DNA from: Rebecca billardiae RCC1528
Lineage: Eukaryota > Protista > Haptophyta
Reading direction: 5' to 3'
Assembly (NCBI GenBank): GCA_965240325.2
Contig: OZ251243.1
Span: 620,001 to 684,000 of the forward strand
Length of the DNA: 64,000 nucleotides
Made by a program: the position numbers and the translations under genes. A model generated the notes under the pieces. It was not told the DNA's origin and made no database searches. It saw only the letters and a list, made by a program, of their open reading frames with translations. Positions 61,507-64,000 of this stretch are shown piece after piece (position 1 is the first letter of the stretch; each line of letters starts with the position of its first letter).

Positions 61507-64000
61507 ATGGCGGCCGCGGAGGACGTTGGGCGCAGGGGGGTCCTCGCGCTGGTGATATGGGCGTCGTGCATGGCGGAGGCGCGGATGCGCAAGCCGCTGC
61601 CCGAGATGCACATCGTGCGCTTCGACCGCACCGTGGTCGCGCGCTCACGCCTCGAGCAGGTCGTGCGCGCCGCCAAGCGCAACGGCACGTTTGCGCACGG
61701 CGTGCGCCGCCAGTTTTCGCACGTGCTGCGCGGCTTCTCGGCGAAGCTGGACGCGAAGGCGATGGCGTTCTACCGCACGCACGGCGCAACGATCACACCC
61801 GTCCGTACCTTCCGCGCGCTCGACGTGGACAGCTGGGGCATCGACCGACTCGACCAGGCGCTGCCGCCACTCGACGGGGTGTACAGCACTGGCGGCTTCG
61901 ACGGCGCGGGTGTGGACGTCTTCGTGGTGGACACGGGCGTGAAGACGAACCACGAGCAGTTCTCAGGGCGCGTGGGCGACGGCATCGACGTCGTCGACGG
62001 CGACAGCAACCCTGGCGGCGGCATCTGCGTCTTTCCCTCGTGCTGCGACCACGGATCACACGTCGCCGGCACAGTGCTCGGCAGCACGGTCGGCGTCGCG
62101 CCGGGAGCGACGCTGCACGGCGTGCGCGTGCTCGGGTGCTCCGGAGGCGGCTCGACGGAGGACATCCTCACCGGCCTCGAGTGGATCGCCGAGCACAGCG
62201 GCAGCATCAAGGTGGTCGTGATGTCGCTCGGCGGCGGGCGCGACGACGCGCTCGACGCCGGCGTTGAGAACCTGGTCGCGCAGGGCGTGTCGGTGGTGGT
62301 CGCGGCGGGGAACGAGTATCAGGACGCGTGCAACACCTCGCCCGCGCGCGCCGCCTCCGCCATTGCCGTCGGCTCCACCAACGAGCCCACCTCGGGCGTC
62401 GACACCGTCAGCTCGTTTTCAAACTACGGCGCGTGCGTCGACATTTTCGCGCCCGGCGGGGCGATCACGTCGGTTGGGGTGGTCAACGGGGACACCGCGG
62501 CGCTGGACACGTTCTCGGGCACGAGCATGGCCGCGCCGCATGTGGCGGGGGTGTTCGCCCAGATCGGCACCGCCCTCGGCGCGAGCTCGTACACGCCAGA
62601 TGCGGCGTGGGCCGTGCTGCGCGCGCGTGCGCAGAAGGGCCTGCTCAGCCCGACGCCGGCCGAGGGCGCGAGCTCTGCGCCCAACGTGCTGCTGCAGGCG
62701 ATGGGCGGGCTGCCGCCGCCGTCGCCGCCCGCGCCGCCCGCGCCGCCGCCCGTGCCGCCCGCGCCGCCCGTGCGCACGCGCACGCTCGAGGTGGTGCTGC
62801 TCACTGACGATTGGCCAGAGGAGACGGCGTGGGCTGTGCACGACACTGCTGATTGGGCGGTGCTGCAAGCCGAATATCTGGAGGACACGCAGGCGAGCGT
62901 CGAGCTGAGCTGGGAGCTCGAGCTCGAGGCGCCGGGGACATACGCCTTCCGGCTGTACGACAGCTACGGCGACGGCATCTGCTGCGAGTCCGGCGACGGT
63001 TCCTTCTCGCTGCGCGTGGACGGCGTGGAGATACATAGTGGCACGCTGCAATACGACGGCACCGGCTCTACCTATAAATACGGGTACGAGTTCGGCGTGA
63101 GCGCGTTCCCGCCGCACCCGCCGCCGGTGCCGAGCCCGCCGCCGAGCCCGCCGCCCCAACCGCCGCCGATGCCGCCGACGCCGCCGCCGCCCTCGCCGCC
63201 GCCCTCGCCGCCGCCCTCGCCACCGCCGCCGCAGCCGCCGCCCTTGCCGCCGCCGCGCCCACCGCCACCCTCGCCGCCGCCATCACCGCCGCCGCCATCG
63301 CCGCCGCCATCGCCGCCGCCATCACCGCCGCCGCCAGCGCCGCCACCAGTGCCGCCGCCCTCGCCGCCCCCGCAGCACCCGCCACCGAGCCCGCCGCCGA
63401 GCCCGCCGCCGAGGTCGCCGCCGGACCCTCCGCCCAGGCCGCCGCCGAGCCCGCCGCCGCCGCTGCCGCCGCCCTCGCCGCCGCCCGCATCGCCGCCGCA
63501 CCCCCCGCCCTCGCCACCGCCAGCCCGGCCGCCGTTGCCGCCTCCTTCCCCACCGCCCACACCGCCGCCTTCGCCGCCCCCGAGCCGCCCACCCTCGCCA
63601 CCGCCACGTCCGCCGCCTCGTCCGCCGCCCGCGCCGCCGCCCGCGCCGCCGCCCGCGCCGCCGCCACGGCCGCCGCCCCTGCCGCCACCGTCGCCGCCGC
63701 CGCACGCGCCGCCATCGCCACCGCCATCGCCGCCGCCCTCACAGCCGCCATGGCCGCCGCCGCACGCACCGCCCTCGCCGCCACCCTCGCCACCGCCCTC
63801 GCCTCCACCCAGCCCGCCGCCCTCGCCGCAACCACGGCCGCCACCCTCGCCGCCACCGCGCCCACCGCCCAGGCTGCCACCGGCGCTCCCGCCCTCGTCG
63901 CCACCGCGCCCACCGCCCGTGCCGCCGCCCCGCGCGCCGCCGAGCCCACCGCCGGCGAGGCCGCCGCCTCCGCCGCCCAGTCCACCACCGAGTCAGCCGC
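61507..64000 (+). CDS. Secreted subtilisin-like serine protease (S8A, proteinase K-like) with C-terminal beta-domain and SPn/Pro-rich stalk; 3' end beyond the window
   Basis: Absent from the ORF track because there is no stop in the window. Signal-like N-terminus, I9-like prodomain (VLRGFSAKL), SWGIDRLDQ, catalytic VVDTG / DHGSHVAG / AAGN / GTSMAAPHVAG, YDSYGDGICCESGDG domain, SPPP repeats from ~63108. Confidence 0.92.
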   Translation, partial: MAAAEDVGRRGVLALVIWASCMAEARMRKPLPEMHIVRFDRTVVARSRLEQVVRAAKRNGTFAHGVRRQFSHVLRGFSAKLDAKAMAFYRTHGATITPVRTFRALDVDSWGIDRLDQALPPLDGVYSTGGFDGAGVDVFVVDTGVKTNHEQFSGRVGDGIDVVDGDSNPGGGICVFPSCCDHGSHVAGTVLGSTVGVAPGATLHGVRVLGCSGGGSTEDILTGLEWIAEHSGSIKVVVMSLGGGRDDALDAGVENLVAQGVSVVVAAGNEYQDACNTSPARAASAIAVGSTNEPTSGVDTVSSFSNYGACVDIFAPGGAITSVGVVNGDTAALDTFSGTSMAAPHVAGVFAQIGTALGASSYTPDAAWAVLRARAQKGLLSPTPAEGASSAPNVLLQAMGGLPPPSPPAPPAPPPVPPAPPVRTRTLEVVLLTDDWPEETAWAVHDTADWAVLQAEYLEDTQASVELSWELELEAPGTYAFRLYDSYGDGICCESGDGSFSLRVDGVEIHSGTLQYDGTGSTYKYGYEFGVSAFPPHPPPVPSPPPSPPPQPPPMPPTPPPPSPPPSPPPSPPPPQPPPLPPPRPPPPSPPPSPPPPSPPPSPPPSPPPPAPPPVPPPSPPPQHPPPSPPPSPPPRSPPDPPPRPPPSPPPPLPPPSPPPASPPHPPPSPPPARPPLPPPSPPPTPPPSPPPSRPPSPPPRPPPRPPPAPPPAPPPAPPPRPPPLPPPSPPPHAPPSPPPSPPPSQPPWPPPHAPPSPPPSPPPSPPPSPPPSPQPRPPPSPPPRPPPRLPPALPPSSPPRPPPVPPPRAPPSPPPARPPPPPPSPPPSQP

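Noticed and set aside
63068-63988. Ala- or Gly-rich minus-strand ORFs
   Set aside because: Antisense of the Pro-rich subtilase stalk.

Overview
Very GC-rich, intron-containing eukaryotic nuclear DNA. The style (GCGCGC-rich introns, GC-AG donors, flagellar genes, eEF3, single-domain voltage-gated channel) suggests a haptophyte such as a Pavlovales alga; this is inference, not proven. About 12 host genes are present: an IQ-motif protein, an acatalytic alpha-carbonic-anhydrase-like membrane protein, a single-domain 6TM cation channel, an RluA pseudouridine synthase, a C2H2+AP2 protein, DNAAF9/Shulin, eEF3, CFAP58, EB1, a CCCH/DPR-repeat protein, an ankyrin protein and a subtilase running off the window end. 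Intergenic islands are built around (TA)n microsatellites and hold many mobile elements: an intact 4.2-kb pogo-like transposon (21-bp TIRs, TA TSD, intron-split transposase with extra domains), a 6.7-kb Ty1/Copia element, several non-autonomous TIR elements (some nested), and a two-copy TA-embedded element family with asymmetric ends and a terminal hairpin. Most notable: (1) the Copia element has an intact ORF but divergent LTRs, no TSD and mismatched flanks, so it looks recombinant; it also carries a transmembrane helix and a second YVDD motif between Gag and protease; (2) the asymmetric-ended TA-embedded elements; (3) the channel with a TLDHG filter and ten RRxS..KVDD(W/F) tail repeats; (4) the pseudo-enzyme CA and JmjC-like/DPR proteins. 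Exon boundaries were read by eye and need RNA-seq confirmation. No tRNA, rRNA or CRISPR was seen.
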